Source of the DNA: a virus
DNA length: 64,000 bases
IMG/VR virus record: IMGVR_UViG_3300025015_000021
Location: 29,902 to 93,901 of that record
Direction: 5' to 3' (one strand)
Shown: one piece after another, positions 9,047-18,612 of the stretch
Numbering within the stretch: the stretch's first letter is position 1
Layout of the letters: each line of letters opens with the position of its first letter
Notes under the pieces: model-generated
What the model saw: only the letters and a program-made list of their open reading frames with translations
Told to the model about the DNA's origin: nothing
The model's database searches: none
Made by a program: the position numbers and the translations under genes

Positions 9047-9952
9047 TTATTTTTTTGTCAAATCTGCTCCCACAATTTTATCCCCCTTGTATTCAACTAT
9101 TTCATTCCCAAGCTGAAACTGCCCACTTCGAAAAGAAAAGTCATCATTTACATAAAGAGGAAGAGCATTAAGCTTCTCCCATTTCTTCATAAATAGCTCT
9201 GTATTTGCGTTATGAATTTTCCCATCTTCAAATGGACTGCCTGTTCTTTTTTTAAGCCAATCCTGATACTGCTGACTCTCTCCCGTTAATCCTCCTACAT
9301 GATGACAGGGAACATTTACCACAATATTTTTATAACCCCGCCTTAAAGATTCTAAACTCAGGTCACGGTCGTACATGTGATGAAGCTCATATCGCATATC
9401 AAATCCTCCACCTGCCTTCATCATCTCCATAGAAAGCATCATAGCAAAACTATCAAAAATTGCAGCTGACCTCCAATCCTCTTTCATCCTCATTCCATGA
9501 ATTTCAGCTTCAAGCATATTAGACATTCCCGACATCTGACCTGGAAACTCCACATCTTGAACTCTTCCACCGTTCGGTAGACAGCCCTGAGCACCAAAAA
9601 ATCCTGCAATGCCAAGTTTCGGGATTTCGTCAAAATATCCCCTTACCCGCACATCCCAATTCTTCTCAAAAATAAAACAGTCGGTATGAAGAAGCATTAG
9701 CAGATCAGTCTGACACTGCTCATAAGCCAGCTTATTGGTTTCCATAAGACCGATATTTTCTTCAAAGCGGATATAGTTTAATTTCTTGGGTTTAATATAA
9801 TCTCTTAGGTATCGTTCAATCGGGTCGGTACTTCCATTATCCACGATTAACCATTCTACCTCCTCAGAAGTTAAATATTTCAAATTTCCGAAGAAGGACA
9901 TTGCCCATCTAAGGTTATTCATTACAGGCACTAAAATCGTGAGCGTCTTCAT
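9047..9952 (-). CDS. Glycosyltransferase family 2
   Basis: LVPVMN, IVDNGSTD, ENIG, LHTD, YDRDLS, HHVGG. Confidence 0.9.
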   Translation of the reverse strand: MKTLTILVPVMNNLRWAMSFFGNLKYLTSEEVEWLIVDNGSTDPIERYLRDYIKPKKLNYIRFEENIGLMETNKLAYEQCQTDLLMLLHTDCFIFEKNWDVRVRGYFDEIPKLGIAGFFGAQGCLPNGGRVQDVEFPGQMSGMSNMLEAEIHGMRMKEDWRSAAIFDSFAMMLSMEMMKAGGGFDMRYELHHMYDRDLSLESLRRGYKNIVVNVPCHHVGGLTGESQQYQDWLKKRTGSPFEDGKIHNANTELFMKKWEKLNALPLYVNDDFSFRSGQFQLGNEIVEYKGDKIVGADLTKK

Positions 9953-10109
9953 AATTCAATTAAATAAGATGGTTGACAAATTTGACATTCCATACCATCT
10001 TCTCCATGCTTTTTACAAAAATAATGCAAATAGTCATCACAGACATAGACTGCCTTCCTCTTACAACCTGGCCAACCATCACATTTTTCTATCTCTACCT
10101 TCTTCTTCA

Positions 10110-13100
10110 TCAATTCACATTATCCCCAATATCAGATTCTTCTTCATCATGAATGTGCTCATGTGTATGTTCCATATTAAAATTCATAAAAGTTAAACAT
10201 AAACACTTAGTACAATAAAAACTGAGAGTCATAGAACCTTTTTCTCTTTCAATTTGTGATTGTCTCCAGTCATGGTCCTCACAAGATTTATCCCTGCAAT
10301 ATGCATCATCGGTTATTTCATTGAAATCTTTATCTTTCATTTTTTAGCAGTTACAATTATCTCTATAAATTTTGGTTTCTTCATTTTCTCCCAAGCCCAT
10401 TTTTTAATATATAAACTTCCAAACATCTCAGGTCCTCCCATTTCATCAAAACGGACACTTTTTTCTGTTTCATAATTAAATTCCATAGAGACTGGAACAA
10501 TATCATCTACTTTCATTTTTTCTCCTCTTTATAATTACACTTTCCTGCCAGACATGAACCATGTCCACATAAATAATTAGGATCTAGCTTAATTTCATTC
10601 TTATCCTCAAAAACCAACTTACGCATATCTTCGAGATGAAATTTCGTAGCAGATAGTTCAGCATCCAGTACTTCTTTTTTGAGAGGTGGAGTTTTCTCGG
10701 CTATAGCATTCACTATTAATTCCCAAACTGGATAAGGAACCCTCATAAAGGGAATATTATCCTCGGCTGGCATTCCATCCTTAACTTCCTTTAATTCTAA
10801 ATAACCATCTTTATTAATATTAGCAACCTTGGCTTTCCCGCTTTCGACACTTATTAGCCAAACCTCTATTTCGAAACTGCCAGGTCTGGGATTTACTACA
10901 ATCTGCCAATTACCTTCCTGTCTTTGAATGTTTGTAAAATTTAAACCTGTTGCCATATTAAATATTTAACTTTTTAAGTCCCAATTCTTTATAACTTTTT
11001 CCTTCTTTCAAGCCTTTTTTAATCCTTTTAGAATCTTTTATCATATCTTTCAGTACTTTACTTTCTTTCCAAAGCCAGTAAAACATTAACCTAAATCCCA
11101 TCAGTCCCAATTTAATTATAAGCCCATCTCCCAATTCACGCTCAATTTCAAATTCAACTAAAACAAATGTAATCCAATTGAATCTTTTATAACGAAGTTG
11201 CTCCCAATCGTTTGAGAAAAGAACATATCCATCTTTCCATTCGGCTAAGTATCGGGTCTTATCTATTTTGTTGTAATGTAAAAATTTCATACTTCGAATA
11301 CCTCAATATAACCCTGAGCCTGCCGAACGGGTCATAATTCTGCTGTTATTTCTTCTACAGGCATGACTGACTTAACAGCCAATTTCTGAGCAATCTCTCT
11401 ACAGGTCAAGCATAAAGCATTAGGATCATTATAATCATGTACATGCTTATATCTAATCTGATCTGCTGGTTTACCCAAGCAACACCTTTTGAATTTTTTC
11501 CCCGAACCGCAATTACAAGGATTATTTCTTAAAGTTCCAAGTCCCATATCTTCCTTAATGGTTTTTGTTGTCCAGTAAAAAGCTTCACCAGACAACAAAA
11601 CACACTAAGCCTGCGGTGCTTCTGTAGTCTCCCCAGTAGATTCTCCCTCTACTGAAGTTTCTACTTGTGGCGTCTCTGTCGTTTCTTCTTTTTTATCCTC
11701 ATCCATATAACTTCACCCCCTTCACCATGTTTGACATGGTTTCATATAAAATATTTTTTCTTCTTAGGTATCTTTCCGGTTGCCTTCCACCCATATCTGT
11801 CTTTATCCAAATCATATCTTGTATCACTTGGGTCAAAAGTTCTTCCCTTCTTGTCTATTGCCAAAAGTCTTCCAGTCTTTTTGTCATAGCCAAAAGCTAC
11901 TGGATCCCTGAATCTGTGTAAAATAATATTTCCTGAATCTTTTACTTTCAGTTCCTCACAGCAAAAATAAACCAGCTTCTTATGTCCTGGTGATACTTCT
12001 ACCCATTCTTTTTGTTCTTTTCGTTTGCAAATAACACATATCTTATTTTTCACCGTTTTTATCTTCTGATTCATGTTCTTTATGCATTTTATAAGCTCTA
12101 TCCGTAATATCTTCAAGTTGTATCATTTTTGCTATTTCAATAATTTTTTGGCTCTTCGAACCGCTTATATCTAAAAAAGATTCATTGAGAGTTTCTGTAG
12201 CTTCTTCTAAATATCTTCTTATTTTATCTTTCATTCTTCACAAATCGTCCTGAATCATCCACTAGTTCCTTCGTTTGAGTATAACCACATCTTGAACATT
12301 CCCTATATTGATATAGCCATGATGGAATTAATACATTCCATTTATTCCACAAATGTTGAGAAAACCAAATCATCTTTCCCTCACTTTTTATATAACATTG
12401 AACTAAATTTTGTCTTTTCATTTTCGGATTATTGTCATTATAAATTCCAGAAAGTCATCAGTCTTTTGGATATCCTTTATGGGGTTTTTCACTTGTGGTG
12501 AGCTTGCTTGCCCTGAGCTTGCCGAATGGGTCGAATCCATATCTTTCTCAAAAACTTCATTTACATCGGGATCAAAATAGATTCTCTTCATAATCAGAAC
12601 TGCCTGGGATAAAATTTTCTTTTCCTTTTCCTCAACTGATATAGAATCCAACTTTATTTCAGGTTTTGGTTCCGGCTCATGCTGTATAGAAGCAGACAGA
12701 AATTTTTGTTTTTCCAGCTGAATAAGACTAATAAACAACTGTCTCAACTTACTATACTGCAAGTTTAATGAACCCGTTTTAATTTCTTTCCAGGAAACTA
12801 ATTGTAATTTTTTCAAAATTTCCTGCCTAATTGACCTCTGTTTTTTTGTTTTCCTTTTCATCTTGTTTATCCTGAGCTGAGTCGAAGGACTTTTCCTCCT
12901 TATCATTAACATCTATCTTTTTAGCAAACTCATCCCATGCTTCCATCTGCCCGCAATTATGGCAGGTAATCATATAATAACGCTTCTCCCATTGCACATA
13001 TAGAAGTGTATCGTGTTTTTTGTCTTCCTTGTCACATTTTAAACAAACAATCTTAAATTTTGCAACCTGTTCCGCCTCAATCGACTGTGTATTTTCCATA

Positions 13101-13488
13101 AATTTATAGTGAGTTTGTTTACACTGAGCTCGTTGAATGTGTCGAATCTATTATTTCTTCTTTTTCTTCTTTTTCTTTTCTTTATTACCTCTTTGTGATT
13201 TATCTGCCACTTTCATCACCTCTTCCACCAATTATGCTGTTGAGTTGCTTTATATCCCACAATAGGTTCAGGCTCTGGAAGTTTTGGTTTCTCTACTTCA
13301 ACTTTGGGTAAGAACTCATCCGCACTCTCCCCTCTTGCCTCTAACTCAATAATCTTTTGAATATCACTATCTGAAAGGTTCATCTTATGACTTCCATCTC
13401 CATGCGATACGGCCTGGGGAATAATATCCCAGACACTGCCTTCAAAATTTACATTACAAGTTGCGATCGGACATTTATAATGAGCCAT
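10110..13488 (-). other. Cluster of small hypothetical genes, several with CxxC zinc-binding motifs (10110-10340, 10513-10956, 10958-11290, 11742-12116, 12043-12234, 12224-12421, 12418-12912, 12827-13099, 13216-13488)
   Basis: Co-oriented, tightly packed or overlapping ORFs; no recognisable catalytic motifs. Confidence 0.6.
11332..11547 (-). CDS. SEC-C motif protein
   Basis: RNNPCNCGSGKKFKRCC; likely start MGLGTL after an AAGGA SD. Confidence 0.8.
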   Translation of the reverse strand: MGLGTLRNNPCNCGSGKKFKRCCLGKPADQIRYKHVHDYNDPNALCLTCREIAQKLAVKSVMPVEEITAEL

Positions 13489-13690
13489 AGTTAAAAATTC
13501 TCCTAATAAAATCTTTTATGAAAATGTTTTTCTAAATAATCAATCATATTATCTACAAAAACTCCAAAATCTCTAGCCTTTAATTTACCAGATATATAAG
13601 ATGGTGATTGATAAACATCCAATCCAAGTTGTTTTAACCAATCAATTTTTTGTTTTAATAGTGATTGTTTCATATAAATTGCCTACCAAC

Positions 13691-14062
13691 TTATTCCTTA
13701 TAGCATTTTTCAGCCAAAGGTGTTACTTCATCTTTAAGTATTACCAGTTTATCAGATATGGTATTTATGTCATCGGTAGCTTTCTCTATTGTGGGGATGT
13801 CTTCCTCTGATAATGCAGTAAACGCTTTTCCAGAAATTGCAGTAAGTTCTGCAGAGAGAAGCAGAGCCTGTCTGTCTATTTCAATTACGCTTTGGCAATT
13901 CCTTAGCTGTTCGGAAAGATTAGAAATTGTTTTAAGATTTGTTTGCTTCTCTTGTATATTCTCTTTAGGAGTATTAAAAACCCCAATCCACATACCAACT
14001 ACAAATAAAACAATTGCTGAGATAATAAGGGTTACGAGATTTAATGTGTAAAGTTTATTCAT
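13691..14062 (-). CDS. Membrane-anchored coiled-coil protein with its own promoter (moron-like)
   Basis: N-terminal hydrophobic helix; start MNKLYTL at 14062, downstream of the promoter at 14096-14124. Confidence 0.6.
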   Translation of the reverse strand: MNKLYTLNLVTLIISAIVLFVVGMWIGVFNTPKENIQEKQTNLKTISNLSEQLRNCQSVIEIDRQALLLSAELTAISGKAFTALSEEDIPTIEKATDDINTISDKLVILKDEVTPLAEKCYKE

Positions 14063-14095
14063 ATTTATAGTGAGTGTAACCGAACTAGTGTGTGT

Positions 14096-14124
14096 ATTAT
14101 AACATATCTTAAATAAAAAAGCAA
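14096..14124 (-). promoter_or_regulatory. Sigma70-type promoter
   Basis: Minus strand TTGCTT-17-(TGn)TATAAT. Confidence 0.7.
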
Positions 14125-14161
14125 GAGTCAAATATCGTATGGTATTTGGCAAGAGTTATTT

Positions 14162-14683
14162 TTAAAACAACTTTTCTTGCACTTTTTCTTCTACTGTACA
14201 TATCGTATCGTTATGATGTCCTCCATGATTTACTAGCAGAATCTCTACTATTTTAAATCCTCTAGCCTTTCCAAAGCCCGTAGAGTTCCAGCCGAAACTT
14301 ATCGCTATACCACCTTGTTTGATTTTATCTGCTAATGGATTTAAGACTCTGTTATAGAAATTTGTAGAAGTATCAAGCTGAGTTGCCTTTTTGCCAACTA
14401 CTTTGTAATGCTCGGAAACTTGTCGGTAAGAATAAGGAGGATCAAAGAGAACTCCGTTGTATTTTCCTTTTAATTGCTTAGCAAAATCAAGAGCATCTAA
14501 ATGGAATTGAGTATCAGCTTCGGGATTGTGGTCATTTGTAATTTCAGCCCATTTACTTTTACCTGCATAAGGGTCAATCCAGCCCTTACCATCTCCTACA
14601 TATTTTGTTAGTAATTTAGTAATAGGCCATATCTGAAATGTCCACTTATTTCCCATTGCAAACTTTCTGTTAAAAATAATCAT
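14162..14683 (-). CDS. Small phage adenine-specific DNA methyltransferase-like protein
   Basis: IDPYAG, TNDHNP, LFDPPYS catalytic motif, HGGHHNDTI. Confidence 0.75.
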   Translation of the reverse strand: MIIFNRKFAMGNKWTFQIWPITKLLTKYVGDGKGWIDPYAGKSKWAEITNDHNPEADTQFHLDALDFAKQLKGKYNGVLFDPPYSYRQVSEHYKVVGKKATQLDTSTNFYNRVLNPLADKIKQGGIAISFGWNSTGFGKARGFKIVEILLVNHGGHHNDTICTVEEKVQEKLF

Positions 14684-14979
14684 TACCTTTTATTCAATAT
14701 TCTTCGAAGTTCATTTATCTTTTCTTTCGAAAGAATAATCTCTCTATCGTAAACTCTTCCTTTAATAATAAGTTCAAAAGCTTTTCTAATTCTATCTATT
14801 ATTCCTATCGGCTCGGCTATAATAGACAAAGAATATTCCAATGGTTCTCCATTCTGCTTTGCAGAACACCAGTCCCAAACAGCAATAGTAAAAAATTCAC
14901 ACCATCCCGCTTCACATCTAAAAATTATATCCTCACTAATATCTTTACCCCGATTTAATCGGGGCTTATTCTTCTTCAT
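14683..14979 (-). CDS. Hypothetical protein
   Basis: ORF abutting neighbours. Confidence 0.55.
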   Translation of the reverse strand: MKKNKPRLNRGKDISEDIIFRCEAGWCEFFTIAVWDWCSAKQNGEPLEYSLSIIAEPIGIIDRIRKAFELIIKGRVYDREIILSKEKINELRRILNKR

Positions 14980-15648
14980 TTAACCTTGTAATAGATCTAT
15001 TGTATATCCTGCTTTATAGCTATAAGTATATGTTTGTCTATGACATTCCACACATAATGTTCTTAAATTATTTTCATCCCACATCAATGGACAATTTAAA
15101 GCATCTTCCATAGATCTAATATTATAGTCCTTTATTATTTGATGAAATGGAATAGGAAAATGATCAGTATGTAATTCTCCACCTCTCTTTTTACACAACT
15201 GACAAATAAAATTGTCTCTAGCTTTAATGAACGCCATTAAATTTTTATATTTTATTCCCTTTCTAATAACATCTTGTAATTTTGTTACACCACCCTTCCA
15301 ATTCCAATGATCTTTTCCTATATGTAAAGGTGGTTTATTGCCAGCTCTAATTGCACCTTCCCGTAATTTAGCTAAATGTTCTTTAGAAATATGTCTTTTT
15401 TTACCAGACTCACTCATATGTTTTATCCACTCTTCAGAAAAAGGCAGTCTTTTCTTACCCTTACACCAAGAAGTCTTACCTTTATTAGCTAATCCAATTT
15501 TTCTTTTAGTTTCTTGGGAATGTTTCTTACCAAGCATAGGAAATATTCTCCCTGTTAATGCTTCACTCATTCTTTTTTTAGTTTCTTCTGTTCTTATATA
15601 TTTTCCAGTTTGCATACTGGAAGTTCTTTTATAAATTCCTTTAGACAT
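14980..15648 (-). CDS. NUMOD3/HNH homing endonuclease
   Basis: GKKHSQETKRKI, HWNWKGG, RDNFICQLC..LHTDH..NLRTLCVECH. Confidence 0.88.
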   Translation of the reverse strand: MSKGIYKRTSSMQTGKYIRTEETKKRMSEALTGRIFPMLGKKHSQETKRKIGLANKGKTSWCKGKKRLPFSEEWIKHMSESGKKRHISKEHLAKLREGAIRAGNKPPLHIGKDHWNWKGGVTKLQDVIRKGIKYKNLMAFIKARDNFICQLCKKRGGELHTDHFPIPFHQIIKDYNIRSMEDALNCPLMWDENNLRTLCVECHRQTYTYSYKAGYTIDLLQG

Positions 15649-15649
15649 A

Positions 15650-16070
15650 TTATTTCTCTGATACTATATCACAATATAATCCATACTCGACTATTTCTTC
15701 TCCCTGAACTTCATTAGCCCTCTGAATCGCTTTTTTAAGAGTCGGAAAGACTCCATAATCATCAAGAACAGCCCCTGTATCGGCATCCTTCATCCTAAGC
15801 CTAAACTGAGTATTCTTGTATTCCTTAATTGCTAAAAAATTATTAGCTGACATATATTTTTCCTCCTCTTATTTTAACTTCCACAAACTTGTTACACTTT
15901 TTACAAATATTATGTATAGAGCCTTCCGATATGTCTTCTATGTCCACTTTTTCCAAATAATTATCAATCCAATATTTTCCCACCTTAATATCTTTTGATT
16001 GCCAGCCTGACTGCAAGTTCTCACAGCAGGGAGTTTTATGTTTACCCTTAATCCAATTAAACATCCCCAT
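15650..16070 (-). other. Two small hypothetical genes (15650-15853, 15843-16070)
   Basis: Overlapping co-oriented ORFs. Confidence 0.55.
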
Positions 16071-16502
16071 ATGGTTTTGGCTTTTTCATTTTCTTATGCC
16101 CATCTATTCCAAACCTACAACCCTTACAAAGATTGGGCTGATCACTTCTTTTGCCCTCGCTTTTAGCATTTTTAGTAAATACTTCACAGTCACAAAATTT
16201 ACATTTAAACATAATTTGTTTTTTTATAAAAACACATTAAACACCAAATCCTCCCACTAGCCTTATATCCTAAGCTTTTTACATAAATATCCGAAGAGGT
16301 CTCAATTTTATAATCCTTAACTATCATAATTTTATTACATTTCCTGCAATGTGCAAGAATGTCTTTCTTCTCATCATACATTATTTCCCCTTAAGTAAAT
16401 AACCAATTCCTATTCCAATCCCTGCAATAATAAGTACTATTCCTATTAAAAGAAATTGCGGAAGATATTTTATAATGCGTAGAATATAGATTAACTTCAT
16501 AC

Positions 16503-16934
16503 TTAAGATCCCTCGTGTTTGTCTTCATAATGCTTCTGGGCCAGCTCTATGGGGATTTGTTCACTACAAAAGGGACAAGTCCTGGTTTTACCAAACAGCT
16601 TTATATTGGGATACTTTTCTTTTAATTTACTTAATTCATCCTGAGGCTCACTGGGAAGGGCTGAAGGATTAATTTCTTCTTTATAATTTGGCTGTGAAGC
16701 AGGGAATTCATCTGCCAAAATTTTAGGCGTAGGCAATCTGTCCTTGAATTCCTTAATAGATTTGCCTTTTGGTATTTTTTCCTTTATTTTGCTTTCAACA
16801 ACCTCTGTAGTATAAGGATCTAAATAAATACTAACAGCATCTTTTACTAGCTCGGTAATACTTAAACCTCTTTCTGCACCATATAATTTTAATTTTTTGT
16901 GAAGACCTGCATCTATATTTATGGTTTTATACAT
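16503..16934 (-). CDS. Ribbon-helix-helix-like DNA-binding protein with C-terminal C2H2-type zinc finger
   Basis: KTINID..LHKKLK..AERGLSITELV; CPFC..H...H; promoter TTGCTA-17-TAATAT at 16941-16969. Confidence 0.65.
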   Translation of the reverse strand: MYKTINIDAGLHKKLKLYGAERGLSITELVKDAVSIYLDPYTTEVVESKIKEKIPKGKSIKEFKDRLPTPKILADEFPASQPNYKEEINPSALPSEPQDELSKLKEKYPNIKLFGKTRTCPFCSEQIPIELAQKHYEDKHEGS

Positions 16935-16976
16935 AATTACATATTAACACAATTATATAATAATAGCAATAGGCAG

Positions 16977-17138
16977 TTATTCTGAGGTAGGATTTAACTT
17001 TTTAATGTCCATCTCCTCATCATTTTGGTGGCGAAGTAAGTCTAAGATAAAGTCATTTACACTGGTAAAGCCGAGACTTTCCATTCTCTCTTTAATCTTG
17101 CTATAAAACGTATCTGGAATGGAAATTGTAGTTCTCAT
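16977..17138 (-). CDS. Small CopG/NikR-like ribbon-helix-helix regulator (53 aa)
   Basis: Hand-translated MRTTISIPDTFYSKIKERMESLGFTSVNDFILDLLRH..., a typical RHH pattern; GGAG SD upstream. Confidence 0.75.
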   Translation of the reverse strand: MRTTISIPDTFYSKIKERMESLGFTSVNDFILDLLRHQNDEEMDIKKLNPTSE

Positions 17139-17226
17139 AAAAAAGCTCCCAGCCTAAACCAAGAGCCTTGTGCTATTATATCACCATTTTGATGCAAAAA
17201 CAATAGGCAACTGCACCATTTTGGTG
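17018..17226. promoter_or_regulatory. Three near-palindromic operator-like boxes, CAYCATTTTGRTG
   Basis: Copies at 17018-17030, 17182-17194 and 17214-17226; the second lies just upstream of a minus-strand TATAAT in front of the RHH gene. Confidence 0.55.
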
Positions 17227-18277
17227 ATAATTTACTTCTTTACCTATGATCTTGGAAGTGTTATATTAATAGTATGGAGTATTCAAATGAAAGTATTTGC
17301 CCACAATCATTACTTAGACTTGTCCCCTAACATAACCATCATAAAGAAATGGCCGTGTAAGATTTGTGGACACAAGAATCCACCCTATGAACGAGTCGAT
17401 ACCGAAAACATCTGGAAAGAAGAAGAAAGCTTCTGTATTTTGCATTGGCTTGAAAAATTAGATATTCTAGTTTCATATTAAAGCAGTCTGTAGAAAACAT
17501 GGTTAAGACTAAGATAATTTTATAGGATTTTTTTGTTTAAGAAAGGTAATCCTCAATTCTTTTATAGTAAAATATAAAGGAAATTCAGCATTTTAGATTA
17601 TTAGGCATCAAATTGATACCAAGAGAAAAACCTATCTGGGCATAGATTAACTACTATAAGACTAAAGGGTTTGGGAAAAAAATCACCAAGTTTTTGAGCT
17701 ACCCTCCATAGCCCTGTCTTTCTTGCCTTTCGGATTTTCAAGGGTAGGGGGTAGGATATAAGGCATAAAAATTATAATATGTATATATTGTCGATTTATT
17801 CAAAGCTATTTTATTTAATCATTATTCTATTCCTGGAAAAACGTACCAAAGAAAAAAACCTAATTTAATCCTATAGTCTTTAATGCAATATTATCACTAC
17901 TAGTTTAATCAATCTATTTTTAATCTTTATAGTTTTAACTATAAGATATACTCCTCCAATCCTTGTCAATTTTAATCTAACACTATCTTATCTGGTATTT
18001 AATCTATACTTACTTATCAACTAACAACTAACAATCTTTACTCATTTAACTATTCTATTTTTTAACTATCCTCGAAGCTAATCTACCCATCAACTATATC
18101 AATCTATATCAACACGAAGCCCCAGGATTGCGTAGGACGCATTTTTATTTTAAAGTTGACTATATACCTATTTATATCAAGACTGAACTATATCCCCATA
18201 AGCCCTACGATTGCGTATAATCAATCTTTACTTTAAATATGATTCTTTCAAATATCGAGTAAAATAGGTAAAACACT

Positions 18278-18306
18278 TGACACAGCCTCATTAGTATGAA
18301 ATAATA
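18278..18306 (+). promoter_or_regulatory. Sigma70-type early promoter
   Basis: TTGACA-17-AATAAT with extended TG, at the head of the plus-strand arm. Confidence 0.7.
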
Positions 18307-18456
18307 GTTATGGTTCTAACAACAGTACCTTAACATAAAAACCTACAAAGCACTAACAAGCTTTAACAAAGTTAAGTCAGAGAATAATACTTTTAAAAGA
18401 GCTGATTAAAGCCTCGATAACTGAGTTAAGTTATAGGAATGAGGTGATAATAGCTT

Positions 18457-18612
18457 ATGACAAACGAATATTTTAGCAAGAGTTATCAGTTTAGCCTACA
18501 ACTTGAATATTGTTTAACTGAAATGATATGTCAAGATTGCGGGGCTGAGATAGATAATCAAGAAGCTAAAACAAAATATAATTGTTTATGTAACTGTCAT
18601 AATTTAATATGA
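18457..18612 (+). CDS. Small Cys-rich hypothetical protein (51 aa)
   Basis: GAGGTGA SD then ATG; CQDC and CLCNCH; ATGA overlap with the next ORF. Confidence 0.6.
   Translation: MTNEYFSKSYQFSLQLEYCLTEMICQDCGAEIDNQEAKTKYNCLCNCHNLI

Noticed and set aside
11332-11707. Third apparent in-frame TAG joining a 33-aa acidic ORF to the SEC-C gene
   Set aside because: The intervening DNA is a hairpin (TTTTGTTGTC/GACAACAAAA) and the SEC-C gene has its own SD and ATG, so two genes are more likely.
17170-17481. 103-aa plus-strand ORF as annotated
   Set aside because: Its 5' part overlaps promoter and operator sequence; at most a shorter ORF from about 17287 is plausible.
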